From Alphaproteobacteria bacterium (lineage in GTDB: Bacteria > Pseudomonadota > Alphaproteobacteria > SHVZ01), in assembly GCA_016869285.1 (NCBI GenBank), contig VGEN01000004.1, positions 365 through 64,364 of the forward strand: a stretch of DNA of 64,000 nucleotides. Reading direction: 5' to 3'. A program made the position numbers and the translations under genes. Positions within the stretch are counted from its first letter, which is position 1, and every line of letters starts with the position of its first letter. The notes under the pieces were generated by a model. The model had not been told where the DNA came from, made no database searches, and worked only from the letters and a program-made list of their open reading frames with translations. Of the stretch, positions 33,377 to 41,286 are shown piece by piece.

Positions 33377-34774
33377 ATGAGGGCGCTGAGCCCGATTGTC
33401 ATTTCCGGGCGCGAGGTGCTGCCTCTGATCGAGGGCGGCAAGGGCATTGCCGTATCCAACGGCGAGAGTTCCGGCGCGTGGGCCGCGGCCGGCGGTATTG
33501 GCACCTTCTCGGGCGTGAATGCGGATTCGCGCGATGCGCAGGGCAATGTCATACCCTGGATCTATCACGGCCGCACGCGGCGCGAGCGCCATGAGGAGCT
33601 GATCGCCGCCTCGATCAAGGGCGGCATCACCCAGGCCCGCATCGCCCACGAGATGTCGCGCGGCGAGGGCCGCATTCACATGAATGTGCTCTGGGAAATG
33701 GGCGCGGCCGAGCGGGTGCTTCACGGCATCCTGCAGGGCACCAAAGGCTTGATCCACGGCGTCACTTGCGGTGCCGGCATGCCTTATCGCCTGGCCGAGC
33801 TCTGCGAGAGCTATCGCATCTACTACTACCCGATCATCTCCTCGGCGCGTGCCTTCCGTGCCTTGTGGAAGCGTGCCTATCACAAGTTCCGCGGCTGGCT
33901 CGGCGCCGTCGTCTATGAAGACCCGTGGCTTGCCGGCGGCCACAATGGTCTCTCGAACGTCGAGGACCCGGAGAAGCCCGAGGACCCGTTCCCGCGGCTG
34001 CGCGAGCTCCGCAAGGTGATGAACGAGGTCGGCCTTATCGAGACGCCGATCATCATGGCCGGCGGCGTCTGGTATCTGCGCGAGTGGGAGCACTATCTCG
34101 ACAACCCCGAGATTGGGAAGATCGGCTTCCAGTTCGGCACGCGCCCGCTGCTGACCCGCGAGAGCCCGATTTCAGACGCCTGGAAGCGGAAGCTGATGAC
34201 GCTCAAGGACGGCGACATCTGGCTCAATCGCTTCAGCCCGACCGGCTTCTACTCCTCGGCGGTGAAGAACCCGTTCCTGATGGACCTCAAGGCTCGCTCG
34301 GAGCGCCAGGTTGCCTATCAAACGCATGCCGTCGCGGACCACGACACCGCGTTCAAGGTGGGCGCGCGGGGGCGCGAGGTGTTTCTGACCGCACATGACG
34401 CCGAGCGGGCGCGGGGCTGGGTTGCCGACGGTTTCACCGAGGCGCTGCGCACGCCCGATTCGACGCTGATCTTCGTCGACAGGCCGATGGCGGCGACGAT
34501 CCACAGGGATCAGGTCGACTGCATGGGCTGCCTCTCGGCCTGCGGCTTCTCCAACTGGGCGCAGAATGAGGAGGGGACGACCGGAAAGAAGGCCGATCCG
34601 CGCTCCTATTGCATCCAGAAGACCCTGCAGGCGATCAGCCATTCCGAAGATTGCGAGCACCAGCTGATGTTCGCGGGCCACAATGCTTTCCGATTCGCCC
34701 GTGACCCCTTCTACGCCGGCGGCTTCATCCCGACGGTGGGCCAGCTCGTCGAGCGTCTGACCACGGGCGACTAG
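33377..34774 (+). CDS. nitronate monooxygenase (NMO / 2-nitropropane dioxygenase family) FMN enzyme
   Basis: The 465-aa ORF has a TIM-barrel FMN-binding pattern (GAGMP...IMAGGVW), as in long-form NMOs. Confidence 0.6.
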   Translation: MRALSPIVISGREVLPLIEGGKGIAVSNGESSGAWAAAGGIGTFSGVNADSRDAQGNVIPWIYHGRTRRERHEELIAASIKGGITQARIAHEMSRGEGRIHMNVLWEMGAAERVLHGILQGTKGLIHGVTCGAGMPYRLAELCESYRIYYYPIISSARAFRALWKRAYHKFRGWLGAVVYEDPWLAGGHNGLSNVEDPEKPEDPFPRLRELRKVMNEVGLIETPIIMAGGVWYLREWEHYLDNPEIGKIGFQFGTRPLLTRESPISDAWKRKLMTLKDGDIWLNRFSPTGFYSSAVKNPFLMDLKARSERQVAYQTHAVADHDTAFKVGARGREVFLTAHDAERARGWVADGFTEALRTPDSTLIFVDRPMAATIHRDQVDCMGCLSACGFSNWAQNEEGTTGKKADPRSYCIQKTLQAISHSEDCEHQLMFAGHNAFRFARDPFYAGGFIPTVGQLVERLTTGD

Positions 34775-34819
34775 GATGGCATACTTGCCGAAACCTGCGG
34801 GCCACGTCATATCTCGCTC

Positions 34820-35248
34820 ATGAGCATGGCGAGTGAGTCGCGGCCCTATGCCGAGCCGCTGGACCGGCTGAAGCGGGCCGGGTTGCGTCCGACGCGTCAG
34901 CGACTGGCGCTGGCTCGCCTGCTGTTCAGCCGCGGCGATCGCCATGTCTCGGCCGAGCAGCTTCATGCCGAGGCCAAGACCGCACGGGTCGCGGTGTCGC
35001 TGGCAACTGTCTACAACACTCTCAACCAGTTCACCCGTGCCGGGCTGCTGCGCGAGGTCGTGGTCGAGGCCGGTCGCTCCTACTTCGATACCAATACCTC
35101 CGACCATCATCATGTGCTGGCGGTCGCCACCGGCGATCTGTCGGATATCCCGGCCGGTACATTGGCCGTCAGCGGCCTCCCGGAAGTACCCGACGGCCTC
35201 GAAATCGAGCGCGTCGACGTCGTTGTCAGGTTTCGTCCGCGCGCCTGA
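34820..35248 (+). CDS. irr: Fur-family iron response regulator Irr
   Basis: The 142-aa ORF has a Fur-type winged-helix fold and the Irr-diagnostic HHH motif (TSDHHHVLAV). Confidence 0.8.
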   Translation: MSMASESRPYAEPLDRLKRAGLRPTRQRLALARLLFSRGDRHVSAEQLHAEAKTARVAVSLATVYNTLNQFTRAGLLREVVVEAGRSYFDTNTSDHHHVLAVATGDLSDIPAGTLAVSGLPEVPDGLEIERVDVVVRFRPRA

Positions 35249-35278
35249 TAGCCTCTGCGGTCGGGCTTTGGCGGGTCT

Positions 35279-35295
35279 ATTAGATTAATTCTAAA
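35279..35295. promoter_or_regulatory. Iron-control-element (ICE)-like Irr box, ATTAGATTAATTCTAAA, between irr and rubrerythrin
   Basis: It matches 15 of 17 positions of the Bradyrhizobium ICE consensus TTTAGAA-N3-TTCTAAA. It is an AT-rich island 85 nt upstream of the rubrerythrin ATG. Confidence 0.5.
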
Positions 35296-35380
35296 CTATT
35301 GACGAGTTCGCCCCTCCTTCCTAGGATTGGGCGTGGAGGGAGGGCGCTCTGCCATCCCGGACAGCTCCAGGAGGAACAAG

Positions 35381-35800
35381 ATGGCGGGCTTAAAGGGCTC
35401 CAAGACCGAGGCCAATCTGAAGGCGGCCTTCGCCGGCGAAAGCCAGGCGAACCGGCGCTATCTCTACTTCGCCCAGAAGGCGGATGTGGAAGGCTATAAC
35501 GACGTGTCGGCGGTGTTCCGCTCAACCGCGGAGGGCGAGACCGGCCACGCGCATGGGCACCTCGAATTCCTCGAGGCGACCGGCGATCCGGCGACCGGCC
35601 TCCCGATCGGCTCGACCGCGCAGAACCTGAAAGCGGCGATCGCCGGCGAGACGCACGAATACACCGACATGTATCCGGGTATGGCGCGGACCGCGCGCGA
35701 GGAAGGTCAAGCCGAGATCGCCGATTGGTTCGAGACCTTGGCGAAGGCCGAGAAGAGCCACGCCGGCCGTTTCCAGAAGGCCCTCGACAGCCTTTCCTGA
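35381..35800 (+). CDS. rubrerythrin-family diiron protein (erythrin, no rubredoxin domain)
   Basis: It has two ExxH diiron motifs (EGETGHAHGH and ETHEYTDMYP) and an AGGAGGA ribosome-binding site. I chose the internal ATG of ORF 35327..35800. Confidence 0.8.
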   Translation: MAGLKGSKTEANLKAAFAGESQANRRYLYFAQKADVEGYNDVSAVFRSTAEGETGHAHGHLEFLEATGDPATGLPIGSTAQNLKAAIAGETHEYTDMYPGMARTAREEGQAEIADWFETLAKAEKSHAGRFQKALDSLS

Positions 35801-35811
35801 GTCTTGAAAGG

Positions 35812-35846
35812 GCGCGCGAGGGCCGGAGGGCCCTCGCGCGTTTTTT
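35812..35846 (+). terminator. Rho-independent terminator
   Basis: GCGCGCGAGGGCC-GGAG-GGCCCTCGCGCG is a perfect 12-bp GC stem, followed by TTTTTT. It sits immediately after the rubrerythrin stop. Confidence 0.75.
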
Positions 35847-35863
35847 GTATCCGAAGGAGCGCA

Positions 35864-37210
35864 ATGATGCGCGAAGGCAGCCTCGAAGCGCCGGTTCGCC
35901 GCCCGATCGACTGGACCGACCCCGACTTCTACGACGAGGCCGCGCTCGAGAAGGAGATGCGGCGGGTCTTCGACATCTGCCACGGCTGCCGGCGCTGCTT
36001 CAACCTCTGCGACTCCTTCCCGCGACTCTTCGACCTGGTCGACGCCGCCGGAGACGCCGAGGTCCATGGCATCGACAGCCGCGATTTCGGCAAGGTCGTG
36101 GACGCCTGCACGCTCTGCGATCTCTGCTTCATGACCAAGTGTCCCTACGTGCCGCCGCACGAGTGGGATCTGGACTTCCCGCACCTGATGTTGCGCCACC
36201 GCGCGATCGAAGCGCGCAAGGGCGGCAGGCCCTTCCGGGAGGGCCAGCTCGGCCGGACCGACCGTAACGGCAAGCTCGCGGGCCTGATGGCGCCGGCGGC
36301 CAACTGGGCGACGGATCGCGGGAACCGGCCGATGCGATCGCTGATGGAGAAGGTTGCGGGCGTGCATCGTGACGCCGACCTGCCGAAGTTCCACAGCAAG
36401 ACCTTCGTCAGGCGGGCGAAGGAGGCGCCGGCGGCAGTCTCGGCGAGCGCGCCGGCGCGCGGCCGGAAGGCGGTCCTCTACGCCACCTGCTTCGTCAACT
36501 ACAACAACCCGGCGATCGGCGAGGCGACTCTGGGCGTGCTCGCGCGCAACGGCGTCGAGTGCGAGGTCGCCTACCCCGAATGCTGCGGCATGCCGCAGCT
36601 CGAGCAGGGAGACCTTCCGCGCGTGGCGAAGAAGGCGAAGAACGTCGCGGCGGCCCTGCTTCCCTATGTCGAGCAAGGCTACGACGTTGTCGCGCTGGTG
36701 CCCTCGTGTGCGTTGATGCTGAAGTTCGAATGGCCGCTGCTGCTGCCCGACGATCCGGACGTAAAGAAGCTCTCGCAGGCGATTTTCGACATCAGTGAGT
36801 ACGTCGTCGACATCGCCAAGCGCGAAGGCCTGGCGCCGGGCCTGACGCCGATCGAGGGTGGCGTTGCCGTTCATCTTGCCTGCCACGCACGGGCGCAAAA
36901 CATGGGCCCGAAATCCGCCGAGATGCTCCGGTTGATCCCGGGCACGCAGGTCGCGGTGGTGGAACGCTGCTCGGGCCATGGCGGCTCTTGGGGCGTCATG
37001 CTCGATAACTTCGAGGTCGCCCTCAAGGTCGGCAAGCCTGCAGCGGAGCAGCTCGCCAAGCTCGGCCGCCGCCATGTCGCCTCGGAGTGCCCGCTCGCCG
37101 GGCAGCACATCCTCCAGGGCATGGAGCGGCTGGAAGGCATCGAGCCTCCGGCCGAGGCGCTGCATCCGATCCAGCTCCTTGCCCGCGCCTACGGGATTGC
37201 GAACGCCTGA
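35864..37210 (+). CDS. Fe-S oxidoreductase with a 4Fe-4S dicluster and two CCG domains (GlpC / heterodisulfide-reductase-D-like)
   Basis: Cysteine motifs CHGCRRCFNLCDSFP and CTLCDLCFMTKCPYVPP are present, with CCG-type cysteines downstream. The start at 35864 is preceded by a GAAGGAG ribosome-binding site. Confidence 0.75.
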   Translation: MMREGSLEAPVRRPIDWTDPDFYDEAALEKEMRRVFDICHGCRRCFNLCDSFPRLFDLVDAAGDAEVHGIDSRDFGKVVDACTLCDLCFMTKCPYVPPHEWDLDFPHLMLRHRAIEARKGGRPFREGQLGRTDRNGKLAGLMAPAANWATDRGNRPMRSLMEKVAGVHRDADLPKFHSKTFVRRAKEAPAAVSASAPARGRKAVLYATCFVNYNNPAIGEATLGVLARNGVECEVAYPECCGMPQLEQGDLPRVAKKAKNVAAALLPYVEQGYDVVALVPSCALMLKFEWPLLLPDDPDVKKLSQAIFDISEYVVDIAKREGLAPGLTPIEGGVAVHLACHARAQNMGPKSAEMLRLIPGTQVAVVERCSGHGGSWGVMLDNFEVALKVGKPAAEQLAKLGRRHVASECPLAGQHILQGMERLEGIEPPAEALHPIQLLARAYGIANA

Positions 37211-37794
37211 TGAAACGCGAAGTTACGCGCGCTGACATCCTGCCGGCTGCCGAGTATGCCGATGCTCGCAAGAAGAAGCGGGCGGAGATCGTCTCCCTGA
37301 AGAAGAACCGCCGGCTCGAGGTCGGGCCGTTCGCGACGTTCTATTTCGAATGCTACGAGACGATGCTGGCGCAGATCCACGAGATGCTCTTCATCGAGCA
37401 GGGCGGGGAGGAGCAGATCCAAGGCGAGCTTGACGCCTACAACCCGCTCATCCCGAAGGGCGAGGAGCTGGTGGCGACGGTAATGTTCGAGATCGACGAT
37501 CCGCTCAGGCGCGCGCGGGTGCTGGCGCGGCTGGGCGGTGTCGAGGAGACGGCGTTCATCGAGGTTGCCGGAGAGCGCATCCCCGGCAAGGCCGAGGAGG
37601 ATCAAGACCGCACATCCGCCGAAGGCAAGGCCTCAAGCGTTCAGTTCATCCGCTTCGGCTTCGCCGGGCCGCAGATCGAACGCTTTCGCACGCCCGGTAC
37701 GCAGATTCTGGTCGGCTTCAGCCACCCGGAATACGGCCACTTGGCCGTAATGCCGGAAGCGGTTCGCGCGGCGCTTGCGGAGGACTTCGCCTAG
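37210..37794 (+). CDS. DUF3501-family protein
   Basis: The ORF begins MKREVTRADILPAAEYADARKK. A TGATG overlap with the Fe-S gene suggests translational coupling. Confidence 0.7.
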   Translation: MKREVTRADILPAAEYADARKKKRAEIVSLKKNRRLEVGPFATFYFECYETMLAQIHEMLFIEQGGEEQIQGELDAYNPLIPKGEELVATVMFEIDDPLRRARVLARLGGVEETAFIEVAGERIPGKAEEDQDRTSAEGKASSVQFIRFGFAGPQIERFRTPGTQILVGFSHPEYGHLAVMPEAVRAALAEDFA

Positions 37795-37865
37795 GGCGCC
37801 TTCGCCTTGACTCGTTTCGCGCGGCCTCGGCACTATGCGGGTAAGCTTCCGAAAGGAAAGCCGAG

Positions 37866-38744
37866 ATGCCCCTGGCGCTGAGCGCGGCCGACGCCGCGAA
37901 GTACGACGAGACAGGTTACCACTTCCCGATCCGCGCCTTCTCCCAGGACGAGGCGGACGGCCTCTCCCGGCGTGTGGTCGAGTCCGAGCAGAAGCTCGGC
38001 GGTCCCTTCAAGGGACGGCTCAACCAGAAGTGCCATCTGCTCTTTCCCTGGCTCTACGATATCGTCACCAGCGATCGCATCCTGGACGCGGTCGAGCCGA
38101 TCCTGGGGCCGGACATCTTCTGCTGGTCGGCCGGCTTCTTCAATAAGCGGCCGGGCGACGGCAACTATGTGTCCTGGCACCAGGACGCCACATATTGGGG
38201 CCTCTCCGATCCCGACGTCCTTACCGCCTGGGTCGCCTTCACGCCGAGCACGCCCGAATCCGGCTGCATGCGCGTGGTCGCGGGCACGCACAAGGCACAG
38301 CTCGCGCATGAAGACAAGTTCGACGAGGCGAACATGCTCTCGCGCGGGCAGGAGATCGCCGCCGAGGTCGACGAGAACGAGGCGATCGACATTGTGCTCC
38401 AGCCCGGCGAGATGTCGCTGCACCATGTGCTGCTGGTCCATGGCTCCGGCGTCAACCGGAGCAAGCTTCCACGCGTCGGCTTCGCTATCCGCTACATCCC
38501 GACGCGACTGAGGCAGCTCGGTATCGATCGCACCAGCGCGACGCTCGCACGCGGCAAGGACTCCTACGGCCATTTCGACCACGAGCAGAGGCCGGAGGGC
38601 GACATGCATCCGGCGGCGGTCGAGCGCCACCGCCGCATCACCGAGGCGCAGCTGGGGGTGCTCTACAAAGGCGCGGCAAAAGCAGGCAAGCGCACCGAGG
38701 CGGACCTGGCGGCGCAGAAGCGGGTCGCGACGGGAACAATGTAG
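37866..38744 (+). CDS. phytanoyl-CoA dioxygenase (PhyH) family Fe(II)/2-oxoglutarate oxygenase
   Basis: The 292-aa ORF has an HxD...H facial triad (WHQDATYW and LLVHGSGVN). Confidence 0.7.
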   Translation: MPLALSAADAAKYDETGYHFPIRAFSQDEADGLSRRVVESEQKLGGPFKGRLNQKCHLLFPWLYDIVTSDRILDAVEPILGPDIFCWSAGFFNKRPGDGNYVSWHQDATYWGLSDPDVLTAWVAFTPSTPESGCMRVVAGTHKAQLAHEDKFDEANMLSRGQEIAAEVDENEAIDIVLQPGEMSLHHVLLVHGSGVNRSKLPRVGFAIRYIPTRLRQLGIDRTSATLARGKDSYGHFDHEQRPEGDMHPAAVERHRRITEAQLGVLYKGAAKAGKRTEADLAAQKRVATGTM

Positions 38745-38761
38745 GAAACGGCCGAGCCGGC

Positions 38762-39760
38762 TCAGCCTTTTGCGCTGAAAACCTTGTGAGCGCGGGCCAC
38801 CAGGCCCATCAGCTCCCGGCCGACAGTTCCGCCGTCGTCAAGAATCTTGTGCTTCACGGCGGCGCGGAAGGCGATCAGGTGCGTCTTGATGAACTCCATC
38901 AGCCGTCCCGAGACGAGATAATTGCCGCCCGTGTAGTGCGCGAGCGAGCGTGACACGGTGCTCATCAGAACGAAGCCGTCGGCCGAGGAGTCCTGGGCGG
39001 CCCGGGTGGCCGTCGCGTTGATCTTGACGCGTCCGGGACCGAAGGGGTTGCGGCCGAACTCGTCGAAGTCGCCGTCGAGGCGCGCAGAATAGCCGGTCAT
39101 CGCCTCTGCCGCTTTCTCGCGGGAGGCGGTGACGGCAGCGATCGCCTTGCGCACCGCCTCCGCCGGCAGCGCCCGCGGCTTGCCGTCCGGCAGGTGCTCG
39201 AAGGCGATCACCAGCGCCCCGTCGTCGACGGCGAAGCGATAGGGATCGCGGACGTGACTGATGCGGGCCTCGGTCGTCAAGCGCCGCTCGACGCTGTCTG
39301 CGTCACCGCGCGTGCGGCGGTCCGGCCCGACATAAGTGGGTGTGACGAAGAACCGCCGCGGCTTGACCGCGGTCCGCGCCACGGCGCCGAGCAGCCTTTC
39401 GCGGTTGAAGGGCTTGGTCAGGAAGTAGTCGGCACCGCAATCGATCGAGCGCTTGACCTGCTCGGCGGTGAAGATCGGCGAGGTGACGATGACCGGGAGC
39501 GCGGGCGTGGCGGAGGCCGTGTCGGCCCGCATCCACTTCAGGAGGTCGAAGCCGAGCTCTCCCTGGTCGCCGAACTCGACGATCGCGAGGTCGTATTTCT
39601 GCGGGCCTTCGGTCAATCGGGAGCGTGCCGCGTCGACCGATCCGGCGCCGTCGATTTGACCCAGGCGCGAGGCCTTGAAGACATCGCTGATCTCCTGGAT
39701 CACCGCCGGGCTGCGGTCCACCACCAAGGTCCGGATGTTCAACCCCAACGGGACAGGCAT
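38762..39760 (-). CDS. response regulator with an N-terminal receiver domain and a ~190-aa C-terminal domain of unknown function
   Basis: The receiver-domain landmarks are present: the acidic pocket (TLVVDRS), the phosphoacceptor region (YDLAIVEF), T/S (VIVTSP) and K (FLTKPF). The C-terminal half has no motif I recognise. Confidence 0.6.
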   Translation of the reverse strand: MPVPLGLNIRTLVVDRSPAVIQEISDVFKASRLGQIDGAGSVDAARSRLTEGPQKYDLAIVEFGDQGELGFDLLKWMRADTASATPALPVIVTSPIFTAEQVKRSIDCGADYFLTKPFNRERLLGAVARTAVKPRRFFVTPTYVGPDRRTRGDADSVERRLTTEARISHVRDPYRFAVDDGALVIAFEHLPDGKPRALPAEAVRKAIAAVTASREKAAEAMTGYSARLDGDFDEFGRNPFGPGRVKINATATRAAQDSSADGFVLMSTVSRSLAHYTGGNYLVSGRLMEFIKTHLIAFRAAVKHKILDDGGTVGRELMGLVARAHKVFSAKG

Positions 39761-39841
39761 TCATCGTCCCAGCGGGCGAGAAGGGTGGGCGAAGAAACCA
39801 TAGGAAACCCGCTCTTCGCAAGGCTCTTTTCCCCAAACGTT

Positions 39842-40171
39842 CTATTCCCGGCCGGCTTCGTCGAGGTGCGGCTTCAGCCGCCCGCCGATCCAAAGCCCGA
39901 ACATGCGGAAGTCGGATATCAGCGACCACCAGGGATGCGTGAAGGTCGCCGGCCGGTTGCGCTCGACCGCGGCATGAGCGACCCAGGCGAAGAGATAGCC
40001 GGCGACGATCGCTGCGAGGAGCAGGCGCCAGTCGCCGAGGATCGCGGCCGAGGCGAGCAAGATCAGAGCGAGAGCCGTGCCAACATAATGCAGCGCACGG
40101 GTCCCGGGACGGCTGTGCTCGCGGAGATACCGGGGCCAGAACGACGTGTAGTCGGGCGATCGACCGTCCAT
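39842..40171 (-). CDS. DUF962 (Mpo1-like) membrane protein
   Basis: The 109-aa ORF has two transmembrane helices and conserved H/W residues (HYVGT...HPWWSL). Confidence 0.55.
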   Translation of the reverse strand: MDGRSPDYTSFWPRYLREHSRPGTRALHYVGTALALILLASAAILGDWRLLLAAIVAGYLFAWVAHAAVERNRPATFTHPWWSLISDFRMFGLWIGGRLKPHLDEAGRE

Positions 40172-40260
40172 GAAGCAATTCTTCCCGGTTTGGCGGTCCT
40201 TGTCACCTTGCCTCGGCCGGTGCGGGGCTCTAGATAGCCCGTGAACGAATCGAGGATCTT

Positions 40261-41286
40261 ATGGGCTACAAGCTGGCGGTCGTCGGCGCGACCGGCAATG
40301 TCGGGCGGGAGATGCTGCAGACGCTCGCCGAGCGCAAGTTCCCAGCGGACGAGGTGGTGGCCCTGGCCTCGTCCAAGTCGATCGGCCGCGAGGTCAGCTA
40401 CGGCGAGGATCACACGCTCAAGGTCCGCGACCTCGCCACCTTCGACTTCAAGGGCATCGACCTGGTCCTGTCCTCGCCGGGCGCCAAGGTCTCGGCCGTT
40501 CACTCCCCGCGCGCGGCCAAGGCCGGGGCGGTGGTGATCGACAATACCTCGCACTTCCGGATGGAGCCCGACGTGCCGCTCGTCGTGCCGGAGGTGAATC
40601 CGGAGGCGCTTGCCGGCTTCGGCAAGCGCAATATCGTCGCCAACCCGAACTGCTCGACCATCCAGATGGTGATGGCGCTGAAGCCGCTGCACGATCTTGC
40701 CCGGGTCAAGCGCGTGGTCGTCGCCACCTACCAATCGGTCTCGGGCGCCGGCCGCGAGGCGATGGACGAGCTCTTCAACCAGACCCGCGCCATTTACGTG
40801 AACGATCCCGTGGTCAAGGAGCGCTTCACCAAGCAGATCGCCTTCAACGTCATTCCCCACATCGACGTCTTCATGGAAGACGGCTCGACCAAGGAGGAAT
40901 GGAAGATGGTCGCCGAGACCAAGAAGATCCTCGGCCGCGACATCCAGGTTTCCGCGACCTGCGTGCGCGTGCCAGTCTTTATCGGGCATGCCGAGGCGGT
41001 CAATGTCGAGCTCGAGCATGCGATCGACGAGAAGACGGCCCGCGAGGCGCTGAGGAAAGCGCCCGGCGTCAGCGTGATCGACCGTCGCGTCGATGAAGGC
41101 TACGTCACGCCGGTCGAGGCCGCCGGCGAGGACAATGTCTATGTCAGCCGCGTCCGTCGCGATCCGACGATCAAGAACGGACTCTCGATGTGGGTCGTCG
41201 CCGACAACCTCCGCAAGGGGGCGGCGCTCAATGCGATCCAGATCGCCGAGGCCCTGATCAAGGGGCCGATGAAACAGGCGGCCTAA
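40261..41286 (+). CDS. asd: aspartate-semialdehyde dehydrogenase
   Basis: The 341-aa ORF has an NAD-binding motif (VVGATGNVGREM), the active-site Cys (NPNCSTI) and the Asd-typical C-terminus. Confidence 0.9.
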   Translation: MGYKLAVVGATGNVGREMLQTLAERKFPADEVVALASSKSIGREVSYGEDHTLKVRDLATFDFKGIDLVLSSPGAKVSAVHSPRAAKAGAVVIDNTSHFRMEPDVPLVVPEVNPEALAGFGKRNIVANPNCSTIQMVMALKPLHDLARVKRVVVATYQSVSGAGREAMDELFNQTRAIYVNDPVVKERFTKQIAFNVIPHIDVFMEDGSTKEEWKMVAETKKILGRDIQVSATCVRVPVFIGHAEAVNVELEHAIDEKTAREALRKAPGVSVIDRRVDEGYVTPVEAAGEDNVYVSRVRRDPTIKNGLSMWVVADNLRKGAALNAIQIAEALIKGPMKQAA

